Of a stretch of DNA of 64,000 nucleotides, positions 30,466 through 43,768 are shown in pieces; position 1 is the stretch's first letter, and each line of letters begins with the position of its first letter. Under the pieces are notes generated by a model. That model ran no database searches and was not told the DNA's origin. It saw only the letters and a list, made by a program, of their open reading frames with translations. The translations under genes were made by a program, and so were the position numbers. The DNA is from Lingula anatina (lineage: Eukaryota > Animalia > Brachiopoda): positions 3,348,001 to 3,412,000 of the forward strand of contig CM120642.1 of NCBI GenBank assembly GCA_051362555.1, read 5' to 3'.

Positions 30466-33400
30466 GGGGGGGGGGGGGGGGGGGATGACTAGTTAACGAA
30501 CAAAGTAAACTATATCACTGCATTCCCTCTACCAGGCAAAAGATTGATTTTCCACAGATATTCACAGATATGTCTCTAGATAAATAATCGGTCATTTTGG
30601 TCTGATGTCACCCTGTACTGAAATCTCAAGGATGGTTACATGGCTTGTAATCTATTACATAACTACTCAGGCACGGTCACTTAGCAGTAATCAAGATAGT
30701 TAACTGCTCATCTGTGAGAATAAAACAGCCTATTGGTAGACAGACAAGGCAGGTTGCGTAACAAGCGTTACATTGCGTGAAGCCCAGCTCTCACTGAGCT
30801 CCTGCAGAGCGAGTACAAAGCCTTCTACACGTGGGCAGAGTTATTTGCTTCCTCCTGGCCTAACGTAACAGGGTCGACTCAGCAAATATGTCCACAAAAA
30901 TAACTGCGGCTCTGGTAGAGGGTAATCACTGCACAACACTGTATTATACTGTATCGGCTGATCATGATGTACTGGCAGGGAGACGGGAGGGGGTGGGTAA
31001 AGGGGGCAAATAGTGGCATGACTCAGTGACCTTTAATTTTAAGAAAATGAGAAAAATGGAGAATAAGGAAAACCTGGTAATATTATCTGTCAGAGAGAGA
31101 GAGAAGAGAGAGAGGAGAGAGAGAGAGAGAGGGGAGGGAAAGATATAGTAGTTTTAAGGTGTGCCAGAAGGAGTCAAGGAGGAGAGAAACTGGACCAAAT
31201 AAACCTTAGTACCTCATTATGAAAAATTTAAAATTTAAAAATGAAAAGTTTCTGGACTTACAACCTAACAAACAAGAGGAGATAATAAACAATGCACAAG
31301 TTTTATCAGATCTGTGTCAGTAGGGACAGAACCATGCAGACAAATCAAATATCATAATGCAGTCTGAGAGATGACTGTAAGTGCCAGATTCCTTGCTTTA
31401 GATATACAAGGTGTGAGTAGTTTTCATGACTTGCGTGAGTAGCGTGCCTGTTTTGAACGTAACGTAACCGAGTTATAACGCTACAGGATTTTGCACAAGT
31501 AGGGTCTCTCCTGCATTTTACCGTTATTTCCAACGTTGTATGGTGTATTGTTACAGTTGTACGGAGAAATCATAATGTAAGTGTTTATCTTATCAAAATA
31601 TATTTGAACATTGTATTTATTAGTTTTCTGTATAAATAATAAAGGTAAAATATTGGTATAATAGCTAGAGCACCTGATAGGGTGTGGCCATTAGTATGAA
31701 ATACAGTAAATGTAAAATACGAGAACGCATTGTTATAATTGTCAACTGTAAAGCTTTGCTGTAATTCAGTATTTAGTTTTAATTAAAATTATATTATGGT
31801 AATTGCATTATAAGGTAAATTTCATATTATTTGTGCTCATTGAATAGATGTAACAGATTCAAGTCTCGCTATATAAAGCCGACTTAATGCAGTGTATGAA
31901 ATGGCCGCCAGCCCGCCAGCCCGAGGCTGGTAACTTTCAGGCCGGGCGGGTAAGATTTACAAATTACCCGCCCGACGGGCTGGCTATTTTTACAGCCTAT
32001 TTTCACCTTTTATTTTGTCTATGTTCACAAGCGATTTCAGCAAAATATCAAATCAACTCACTGTTTACACCCACTTTCATAGAAGCAAAGAACTAACCAA
32101 ATAGCTTGCAACAGAACGCTTGTATCGAAATGTAACCAACAGTGTCACTCTCAGTGGCCTCGTTTTCGAAGATCCGTCTGTGTGATATGAATTGAAAGAC
32201 AATTTGAAACGCCGTGCGTCAGATGTAATTCTTTTCCCACGTGCTTTCATCTTGGGCAGTCAAAAATGAAAAAAATTCTATCAAGTCCGATAGAGAAGTT
32301 CACAAAAGAAAAACAATTGAGGAAAGATATAAAAATCAGAAAAATTACGACAGAACCAAACAAAAGAGAACAAATTGGGACCCATGGAAAGGTGACTTGC
32401 AATGAGTCGAGTGGCAACATTTTTTTTGTAAAACCGTAACCTGAAAGTATCACGCACTGCGACTGAGCGCAAGTATCTCGATCCAATAACTCGCCCATAC
32501 TCGCCCCATATAATAAATTGTAGCCTCTATGTGATATAGCTATTCGAGATACGGGGCCCTGCAGGACTGTCTATGGGCCATTTAGCGTGCAGGACCGTTC
32601 CCGACCGCTTTAAGCAATAGGCCCCCTATTCAAAGGGACCCTACGTGCTGAATTCTTTCTTCTTTACTGTCAGCACATAGATCGATTTATTTGACAAGAA
32701 TATATATGTATTTGGCCATACTTGTTGCTACACAGAAAAGAAAAAATTATGATCAAATGATCAAATGAATAAAAGTTATGAATAAATTATTGAAGAAGAA
32801 ATGAGACAGCCTGCAAGGTGAACATAAACTGAATATATTGACCCCCTCCCCCGCCTGCTTAAGGGCCCTGAAATTTTTTGGTATTTTAGATGGTGAATGG
32901 TGCCATTTGGTATGGTCTAGAACTATAATTCAAGTAGTGAAAAGTTTTATTTCAAGAGGTGATTTATTTATTTATTTATTATTTTTTTGCTGAAATTGAA
33001 AGGGGGGGCGTCAGGACCCCCCCCCCCCCCCTCTAAAACCAACACTGACAAGGTATCATTCAGTAGAAATTCCCACTAATTTCCAAATGTCCATGCATAA
33101 GGCATGATATTGCCCTTTCATTTCCAAATTACTCTCCAAAGAATGCATTCTAGACCCCCTCAGCATACCTCTCTTAACTCTAGGGGTTATCAAAACTAGG
33201 GCTTTTCAGAGTTACCTGCCCGGCGGTCTGGCTAGTAATTTCCTTGAATTTCATACACTGCTTAATGTAATGTTCAATATATCTAGTAAAATACAGTTAT
33301 GTATTTGATGTATGTAATTTAAATGTTCAGATGTACATGTATAAGTATTTATATAGTTTCCTTTACTTATTTTATTTATTTATTGTTTTCTTTCCTAGAT

Positions 33401-36400
33401 TATGTACCTTGCTGACTTGATGATTTGCTGACTTGCTGATATTTTGACTTGCTCATTTGCTGTACCGACATAAGAGATGTGAATGGCAAAATGTTAACTG
33501 AACTGAACGTTGAAATAAAGCATGAGTTAAATATATTCTCCACTGTCTCAACGATTTCACAATGACCAAGACTTAATTGATTCAGACTGATTTTAATTTT
33601 GTCTCTAATGTGGGTTGTATAATTAATTATACATTGTATTTAAATTAATCATTTAAAAACACTAATCAAAATCAAGCGGATCAGTGTAAGGGTATGGGTC
33701 ACATAACTCATAGTATAAATCTGAGCTTTTTGCTTAAATGTAAATTTACTTTAAGGTTATAGAAAAAAAAATCTAATTTCATTAGGCAAGCAATATCCAC
33801 ATACAAAGTGTACATTTAACATAATGACAGAGTAACACACTGTTAATGCAAGTAATCAAAATTAAGAGACGTTGATTATCCTTGTTCCAATCAATGATAC
33901 CATAGGCAGGACCAGTAGTGGCTCCTGTGTGCTGCATGGCTACCTGCCAACCATATGAAAATAGTACATGTTATCTTTACTGACATGGTATAGTCACATT
34001 GTTTTCAGATGAGATACCCATCACCTGATCATCTGCTACCACCATATAAAGAGTGCTCAAGATAGTTACTTCACATTTTACTGTGAAGTTCACTGAATGC
34101 CTTGTGCTATGACGTGACAACATGGCTGAGGCACTGGCAGCAGCTTTCACAGATAATCTCTTGACATGTAGCATCTGTCTGGGAGAGTATGAGGACCCCC
34201 GTGTGCTGCCTTGCTACCATACATTTTGCTATGGTTGCATATGTGACCATGCCGTTAGAACTCTAACTCAAAATAGAACATTTCTATGCCCTGTTTGCCG
34301 GGAAGAAAACCAGTTTCCAGTTGGTGGACTTATTCAGCCGAAAAAGAATTTTGTATTTAGTAAGGCCAAGGACATTATAACCCAGCGACAATTAGACAGA
34401 GGGGCATCAGAGAGTGAGCAGATCAATCTAGCAGCAGTGACACAAACCACTGCAAAAATGACCATCAGTTGTGAGAAACATCCTGATCTTAAGTTAAAAT
34501 ACTACTGTGAAGATGATGATACTGTTGTATGTGGTGACTGTGTATCAACAGAACACTACAGACATGGTATTGTGCCAGTTGAAAATGTTGCAGATATCAA
34601 TCGGAAAAAGATTAAAACTTTCCTTGTGAAAACTTTGCCAAAACTGAATATGTTCAAAGAAGCAGTTGCCAAGGAAACAGCCAATGAAATAGAGGAAACA
34701 CGAATCATGGCAGCCTCCATCAACAATATCAAAGAACAAGTTCAACGTATTCGAAGATTAGTTGATCAGAGGGAGCAAGAACTGATATCAAAAGTAAATT
34801 CTGCTTGTGATATCAGAAAAAAGGAGAAGGAGGCCAACAAGGACATCCTTGAACTTCACCATGCCTCCTTACAGAGTGCTTGCAATTTTGCCCAGGAACT
34901 TATCACAAATGGTTCTGACTCTGAGATAATGATTCACACGAAGGCTCTGACAGAGAGACTGGCAGCAATGGAAAAAATGCCAGTGCCAACTCCAGACACA
35001 CCAGACCAGATATGCTATAGTCCTGGTGAGATATCTACTGCTGGGCTGGAAGCCATGTTAAGACAGGTGACAATACAGTTGCAACCTCCTAAACCTCCGG
35101 CTCGACTGACACCTATACCTGCTAGACAGGGAACAAATCTACCAAATCCAGCATCGCATCCTCCTGATTTCGTAGAAAAGGCAGAATGTGTGCATACCTT
35201 CACTGCTACATTGAAAAATGATGAGGATTCCATAACTGGGTTGGCCATAGATGAAAAGTATATGTTTATTGTGACTAGTAATATGCAAAACAAATATGAG
35301 AGAACAAATGTATACACATATAAAGGGCAATTCAAATTTGCTATAAAACTTAATGATTCATTTGATGTGGCTGTGTCACAGACTGGTCAGCTGTATATAA
35401 CATCAGTGGGTGATCAATGTGTCCAAGTGTATTCTACCAGAAGTAGGAAGATAAAAACCATGGGTTGCGGTATACTTGAGGAGCCTTATGGTATAACACT
35501 GAACAGGCAAGGCCATGTGATGGTTTGTGACAGAAGAAAGAAAGCCATCTTCACCTTCAATGCAGACAGTGAACAGCTAAACACTATTCCACTCAGGATG
35601 TGTAAATGCCCATGGTACATCGCAGTAAACAGTGTGAATGATAACATTGTGATATCAGACCATGGCTGTGTACGTGTGCTGTCTCCTGCTGGTGGTCAGC
35701 TGTACAAGTATGGCGGCACTCAAGGCAGTGGTGATGGTCAGCTGTGGTTTCCATGTGGAGTGTGCACAGACAGCTATGGTCACATCTTCATTGCTGACTG
35801 TTACAACCACAGGATAGTGGCACTGGATACACAAGGACAGTTTGTCAAATACATTGCCACTAAGGATGATGGGTTGGGGTATCCCACAGCATTAACCATC
35901 AACCCTGCTGGCCAGCTGGTGGTGGCAGAGCAGTGGGGCAAAATTAAGACATTCCAGTACTTACAATAAGTAGTCAGTTCACATTTTACATATTGCAATA
36001 CTGAATTCTAAAGTAACAATGGAATTGAGATGATGACAGGTTGGAGAAACCTGCTGATAAACTACAATAAAACATTCCAGTGTATGATGATCTGACAGTA
36101 TAAATATGTATATATTATAATGCTGATCTCTATTAATCATGGTAAACAAGGAGGTTACCACTAATTTACTGATAAAAATAACTTGTAAGTACAAGTGGTC
36201 AGTGTTTAACTGTGATTTTAACCCAAGTCCTGATCTGGGTTAATTTGGACCTTGGTCAGGAGAACTGGTCCATTCACATTAGAAAAGTCAACTCTGAAAG
36301 GACCTCCGTCAGGCCTTAACCACAGACGAAAATGCTAATGTGAATGGGGTAATTTACCCATACACATTTTTTTTAGTACAATTGGTCAGCAAAGGGGGTA

Positions 36401-39400
36401 CCATCTGCCCCTGCTGACAAGATCATTTATACTGATATAAAGAATGATACAAACAACATCAGTGACTTTTAATTTTGATTACTTGCTTTAATTCTGTGGC
36501 AATATGCTATATATGTACATTGTGTATGTGGATGCCATTGCTTTATATTGACTTTTTCTGATTAAAAAATATTTTTTTAAAATCAAATCCTGAAGTTAAC
36601 TTACAATTTTTAAAGGTAAACACATATAATAGCTCTTTTACTGTAAGTTATATTATCTACCTTACACTGATCAGGGGGATTTTATTAATGAAGTGTAATA
36701 GAAAATTAATCTTAGTACAAAGTATAGCTATTCTACCTATCTTCAAGTAACATTTCAAAACAGCCTTATCGTGTTGTTTTAAGTCTTCATTAGGATTTTT
36801 AATTTGTATGCATGGTTTCTGCCTCTCTTTGGCATATATTTGATAAAATTCTTCCATGAATAGGTTTATTTGGTCCAGTTGTTCTCCTTCTTGCCTTCCT
36901 CACCCACCTTAAGGCTAACCCCCCCCCCCCCCCTCTCCCTCTCTTTTTAAGTTTTAAGTCCAACAATGGAAAGATTAATATGTGGAAAATGAACATTAAA
37001 AATGCATTGGTTTTGGGAAAAAAATCCAATCAGGCTGGTTTTCTAACTCAAGCTGTCTTTCAGTCATTTAATGAACCTTTCATGTTAATTTGAGAAACAT
37101 AAATAACATGAGAGAGAGAGAGAGGTCATGGTTGACTAGTTAATGGATAAAATAAACTGGACCACTGGACCGACTGCATTTTAATGTATCAGCTGATCAT
37201 GATGTACTGGCAGGGAGACAGGGCAGGGGGGGGGGGGTAGAGGGGGCGACATAACTCAACAGCCCATTTTCTGTCGGTTAAAGAAAACCTTGAAAATTTA
37301 TGGAGAATCTTTTTGCAAGAAGACCAAGAAATTTTATCCCTGTGGCAATCGTCTATTGGTGAGGAGAATGGTCATTACAATACATTACCATTACTGTGGA
37401 AAACAGGTGTCCTCCTTTTTCCATACAACAAAAATGTCGCCCTCGACTGCTTACACAGTTTAGAACTTAAGCTTGAGAAAGAAGGATTATATGACAAATA
37501 TCACAACAACATAGTGGATTTGATTTCCGATGGTTATGTTGAGAAAGTCCCAGACAGTGAAATTGATCTGCGTGACAGCTCATTATGGTATATTCTGCAC
37601 TGACATGTTTTGAATCCCTCAAAACCTGAAAAAAATGCATCCCATCAAAGGGGGGGGGACGCATTACGGTAATGTGCCAAGCATTTCGACGGGCCCAGTC
37701 AATCCGACCACAAAAATTATTTTATAAAATTAATTTTTTTGGGCTCAAACAATTAGTCCATACGTCAAAATCATGGGACAGAATTTTTTTCTTGTTCCGA
37801 TTGTTCGACCACATCTTCGACAAGACAGTGAAATGGATGCTGCATGCCTCGGCCCTTTGTCAATTGTTGTCCTTTCAATAGCTCTCGTCAATGAGGAAGA
37901 AACAATTAATTGAAGATCTAATCTGGAAGCATGACGTACCTGTCTTTTCCTTTGTCCCCAATGACAATAATAGTACTTATAGACATACAAATTTTGCTAT
38001 TAAGCAGACTTGCCCTCGCTGACTGATTCATCATGCCCGTAACTGGGGAGGGGGGGGGGGTGTTAAAAAAAGGTCTATTCTGGATGAAACCAAATATCGA
38101 CAGTGGGTAGAAATACGTTGTAAACACCTTCATATTGACCATATATCGCGTTTGCTAGCAATAAAAAGTTTGGAAAGAATAAGCAATTTATTTTCAAGTT
38201 CGATTGAAATATATATGCAGATGGGGAAACGTTCTTGAAGTCAAGTTATGTGATCTACAAGATCTTACATTTACTACAATCGACCGAAAGATCAGCGGGA
38301 TCGACTGCCCAGACTTCTTGGCGCCAAATACCACGCGCTGTCAAAATCTGACGAACACGTGTCGCTGTTCACCTACATGGATAACTGACTTGTCAACAAT
38401 AAAAATGACGTCTTCCTTAACTCCATGGGAGCTCCATAGAGTTCCACTGGGTATTTACGTTACCTGTGAGTCACTTTCTATTTCCCCAGATGCATGAAAT
38501 GTTGATAATATTTAGCGTAATCCACGACGAACTCCATTCCTGTGACCCCCTCCCCCGAAATGGGACCGTCTTCATTAACATGTGGTTTGCGCTATGCTGG
38601 AGCAGACCAGATAAAACCAGTCTCTCATTTCTGCATGTGCTCAATTCTCACGTCAAATTATAAATGCACCAGTTTTGTGAAAATTATGGCAAGTAAATGC
38701 TTTTTTACATTCGGGTTGTATCAGTGGGGTTTTCAATATGCACCGTGGTTTGTGCACAGCGCGAGTATATAAGTAAGAAAATCGGAAGAATGCCAGCAAA
38801 ATACTGTATGTACGCTCTGTATTTTGCCTTTTCTAAATATGTTTTTATATGACATGCTTTTTAAATAAAATACTTAATGGTAATTTGAAGTTACACTGAT
38901 TTCCGTTTGAGTACCAGTTGGGTACGGATGATTGAATTTTCTTCGGAAGTACGTACGTCTACACCTCGACGCTGAGCAAGCCTTGCGGGTTGAAAACAAC
39001 TGATCTCAGACTGGTAAAAAATTTCAATTCGATTTCAGTTGTCATATTAAAATTCAAATTCAAATAGGGCGTATGTAGATCACATAACTAGTTTAAGTCC
39101 ACTAAAGCTACCGATTTCAAATATAAGTGACCGGCCTTTGTTTACAACACCTGTCTCTGGGGAAATACTCGTCCCACTTGCGAAGCGCATCATGAAAGTG
39201 ATCGTAGGTGAGGGAAATATATAATTAAAAATTATAATTGTCGTCTTTTTTAATGTTAAGTTATGTTAGCACATATTGTACACAGCAAAATAAGATTTCA
39301 GGAGGATAAAACATGCCTGAAACACATGTTACGCGAAAATTGCGGCTTATCTTGCGTAACACTTCCGGTAAAATGCAATACTTCCAGAAAGATGGACGTT

Positions 39401-42400
39401 TTGGCAGATGCCCCTAACAATCCGACGATATCAAAGGTTTCCATTTGCTGTATTTTAATCAATTCGACCAAACTGACATTTCCATGAAATTAATTAATTA
39501 ATCTTGGTCGAATTGTTTGGCATATTACCGTATGAGAATTGTCAGAGAAATTCTGACAGCACTGTTATCAAATGTGTCTACCAAGACATTATCTCTCTTC
39601 CTTGGGCTGATTTTGAAATAGCAGATGCGTATAGACAGATGTGGAGACATTGTCAATTTCTTGTTTTCCAGTTCTGGAAGCAAGGGACTAGGGAACATAT
39701 ATCTTTGCTTCAGTCTAGACCCAAATGGCAGGAGATCAAGCGAAATCTAAAAAGGGGTGACCTTGTCCTTGTTGTGAATACCTCTATGCCCCATGGTTCA
39801 TGGCCTCTAGCTGTAATAGATGTTCAGATTGGGAGAGAGAGTTTAGTGCTCAGTGCGATGGTTCCTACTAAATCGTCTCGCTATTGTAGACCCACCAAAA
39901 AATTAGTATTTTTAGAAGGAGACTGTTAAGTATGTGTTATATTAATACATTATTGCTTATGTGGCATTGTTTAAGCCAAAAAATGTAAGTAAATTTGAAT
40001 AAGATTAAGTAACATTGATTTTTTTTTTGTTTGTAACAGATAATATGAGTGGATGTGTGTTTGTTTGAGTATGTAGTGAGATAGATAAATGTATTTTTGC
40101 ACAAATAAAAATGTTATTTTTATTTATATATTTTTTTTCTGTTTAAGGGGAGTGTTGTCGCTCATGACGACGAGTTGCGATTACGGCCGTATTACTAGTC
40201 ATCTTTGTTTTGTTATACAAATGATTTGCTCAGTATATGTACAGCCAGCAAGTAGTTTTGGGCATAGCGATGTTTTTATCTGAAAAGCAGAGGGCTCAGA
40301 TCGCCAAGTTTCAAGATTTATTGTAGTCACTTCGGCAAAATCTGTGGATCACCCTTGGGGCGGGAAAAGCCACATTGCTCTGTATGTATTGTTAATCATT
40401 TACGCAATGTACATGTGAAAGTATAATTTGTTTTGTCTAGCCAAATCTATATGCACAACATTTCCCGTTTCATATAATTTCTTTCTTTCTTTTTATATTT
40501 GCATTCACTTTATATTATATTAGTGTATTTTTATATTATCAATTTCGGTGTTTATCTTTCATTATAATTTTGTTATTTTTAGTTTCACAATGTCAGTGTA
40601 TGTGCGTGAATAAACGTGTGACCATTTCCCGTTGTTTGTGTTTGTTTGGCGTGGAATCCGCAACAGTGACAATATCCTTAATAACCCTAATTCTTCACTG
40701 ATGTAACTTTTCTGGACTAATCACCTGACAAACACATGACGGAATTATAAACATTGGGCAATTTTTATCAGATCTGAGTCAAGGAGGGGCGGTAACCATG
40801 CAAACAAATTAAATGTCATAATGCAGTCTGATAAAAGACTAAAGCTAACTGGGTCTAGACAAATTAGGTTAGTTCAAGAAGTTATAATGAGAAGGAGTAG
40901 AAACAAGGGGTTTCCTTTCATCCTATCCTCGTAACGGGCTTAATCCTAATAATTACCCAGCTTGTGGTCTTAGGGAGAGCTTGTGCCTAATACATATTCA
41001 AAAGACCATTCACGTGGGTTGCTTCAGCCAATTGGGATAAAGCCTCGCGAAGTCTCTAATAATCTCACAGAGAAAACATGGTGGGATTACAGAAAGGTGT
41101 AGAGAGAGATTTCAAGCCTGGACGCAACCATTTCGGGAAATAAAACTCAAATTATGCGAGATACACCTTCATTTGATCTAGAGCCGATCAGTTATACAAA
41201 ATTTAGTTTCACATCAAGAATGTATGAGAACAATTTCACAAACCCACCTTCAACGCTAAAATTTGCACCTGTAGAAGTCTCATATTTATTTTAAATTATT
41301 TTTGTCGTGTAAAGGCGTGTAAAGGAAATTTACCTTCATCTAGGAATGACACATTCAATTCACAGCCGTGTACACAAAACAGTAGTACTTGCAATTTCCG
41401 TATGCCAGCCTCGTTTCTTTCTTTTTTGGCACATTATTGCTTATATACCAGGTAGAGCTTAAACAGGAAAATTGGGGAAATGTAAATAAGTTATTGCACT
41501 TAGTATGATTCTAAATAAAATTTCATTAATACATATTTTTGTTTATATCTTTGTCTATTACATGAGGCCAACTAATAGTAGACTGATAGTTTAAATTCAT
41601 TAGAAGAAAAAAACAAAGAAATATTTTTATTGATTGATATTGCTTTATTTCAACATTCGAGCAACTTGTATAATATCTAAAACAAAGTACCAGCAATGAA
41701 AATATATCAATATTGTTACACCCAACAGTGATTAAAGCAATACAAAAATGGTTAGTTTTTATTTTGATGTGGTGATTATTTTATTTTATACTTTAGGCAA
41801 TTAGCCAGTGAACACTAAATTCCCTTTTAAAACTTGGACCACTAAATTCCCTTTTAAAACTTGGACCTCTTGTGCACTATAGTTTAATATTAGTGGTGGT
41901 AAGAAAACAGAGCCTTGTGCCTCATCAAGTTGCTGCTGGAAACAATCATTTTGACTGTTCAATTATGGCTACATGTACTGTACTTCTGCCAGCAAAACTA
42001 AAGATCTTTCACCTGCATTCTCTTCAACCTGAAATGAGTAAGTGCGGAATTCATTACAAAATATAACTCTATATCCTAAACGAAACTCTGCAAACATCAT
42101 CTTGCAATGAAAAATTGAAAAAAATTCCGAGAGTTCCCTGTCATCAAATTTTGGACCCACCATTTTGAAAAAGTCCCATGAAAAGTTGTTTATTTGAAAT
42201 GATATTTTTCATCTAAAGGATTGATTCATTTAATATCACAATGTTATATTGTAATGGTGCACGTGCTTAACTAACCAGAAAAACATAAATTATGTGCTTA
42301 CACCACGTTAAAATTACCAAAAATTGTCCCAAAACTGTCACCCAACTGTCTCTAACCAATTTAGGGACCCGCCATTTTGAAAAAGTCGGATGAAAAGTTG

Positions 42401-43445
42401 TCTATTTGAAACGATGTTTTTCATCTAAAGGATTGACTCATTTAATATCACTATGATGTATTGTAATGGTGCACGTGCTTAACTAACCAGAAAAACATAA
42501 ATTATCTGCATACACCACGTTAAAATTACCAAAAATTGTCCCAAACTGTCACCCAACTGTCTCTAACCAATTTAGGGACCCGCCATTTTGAAAAAGTCGG
42601 ATGAAAAGTTGTCTATTTGAAACGATGTTTTTCATCTAAAGGATTGACTCATTTAATACCAAAGGGATGTATTGTAATGATGCACGTGCTTAACTAACCA
42701 GAAAAACATAATTTATGCGCATACATCACGCACTTAAGAAGAAAAAAGTCTTAAACATGGAGGTCCCGCTGAATCGGCCTCAGATCTTCGAGCTAACGCT
42801 GCTTTCTGCACTGAAAAATTTGACTGACAGCCACCGTATGAACATAAAACAATGCTCAAAGCAGAATATCAACTCTCACTCACCTTTATATCGCTCGACT
42901 TGGCGTTTTTCTAAGTATAACTTCCAAATATTCGCATTAAACATGAATAAATCAAGACGTATACGCACTGGTTCAGCTTCTCCGTCTTGAGTCACGCGGA
43001 GGAGAGCGGAGGATTAGACCAGTTACGAGGATCGAATTTCAAAGGACGCCGCTTTGAAAAGAATGCTGCGATCTGATTGGACGAGAGAGATAATTGATGT
43101 CCCGTTTCTACTCCTTCTCATTATAACTTCTTGGTTAGTTATAGGTTCCCTTCCATCTCCCCCTTACACTGATCAGGCATCATTTTGTCTTATTATTCAA
43201 AATAAAATCTAAACTAAAGCTTCAAGATAAATTTCCAGCAAGGTTTTGAGGAACTCTCCAGTGTCATCAAATTGAAAATGAAAGCGTGTTATTCTGTGAG
43301 ACCAGCCCCACAAAATTAACTCCAGGCTTATATTAATTAACTCATCAAACAAGTTTCTGCAATTTGATATAATGACAAATAACTATGTTAAGTACATGTT
43401 ATCAAAATGAACACTCACTACGTGTAAGTGAATGAATACCTCAGT

Positions 43446-43491
<46 letters not shown>

Positions 43492-43737
43492 CATGGTTGA
43501 CTGGTTAATGGATAAAATAAACTACATCACTGGACACACTGTATTATACTGTATCAGCTGATCATGATGTACTGGCAGGGTGACAGGGCGGGCGGGGGGG
43601 GGGGGGGGTAGAGGGTGCAAATGGTGACATTACTCAGTGACCTTTAGTCAAGAAAAATAAAAAGAAAATAAAAAAAAAACACAGAGAGTAAGAAAAACCT
43701 GATAATATTTCAAAAAATTTATTACTTAAATTGTGTT

Positions 43738-43768
<31 letters not shown>

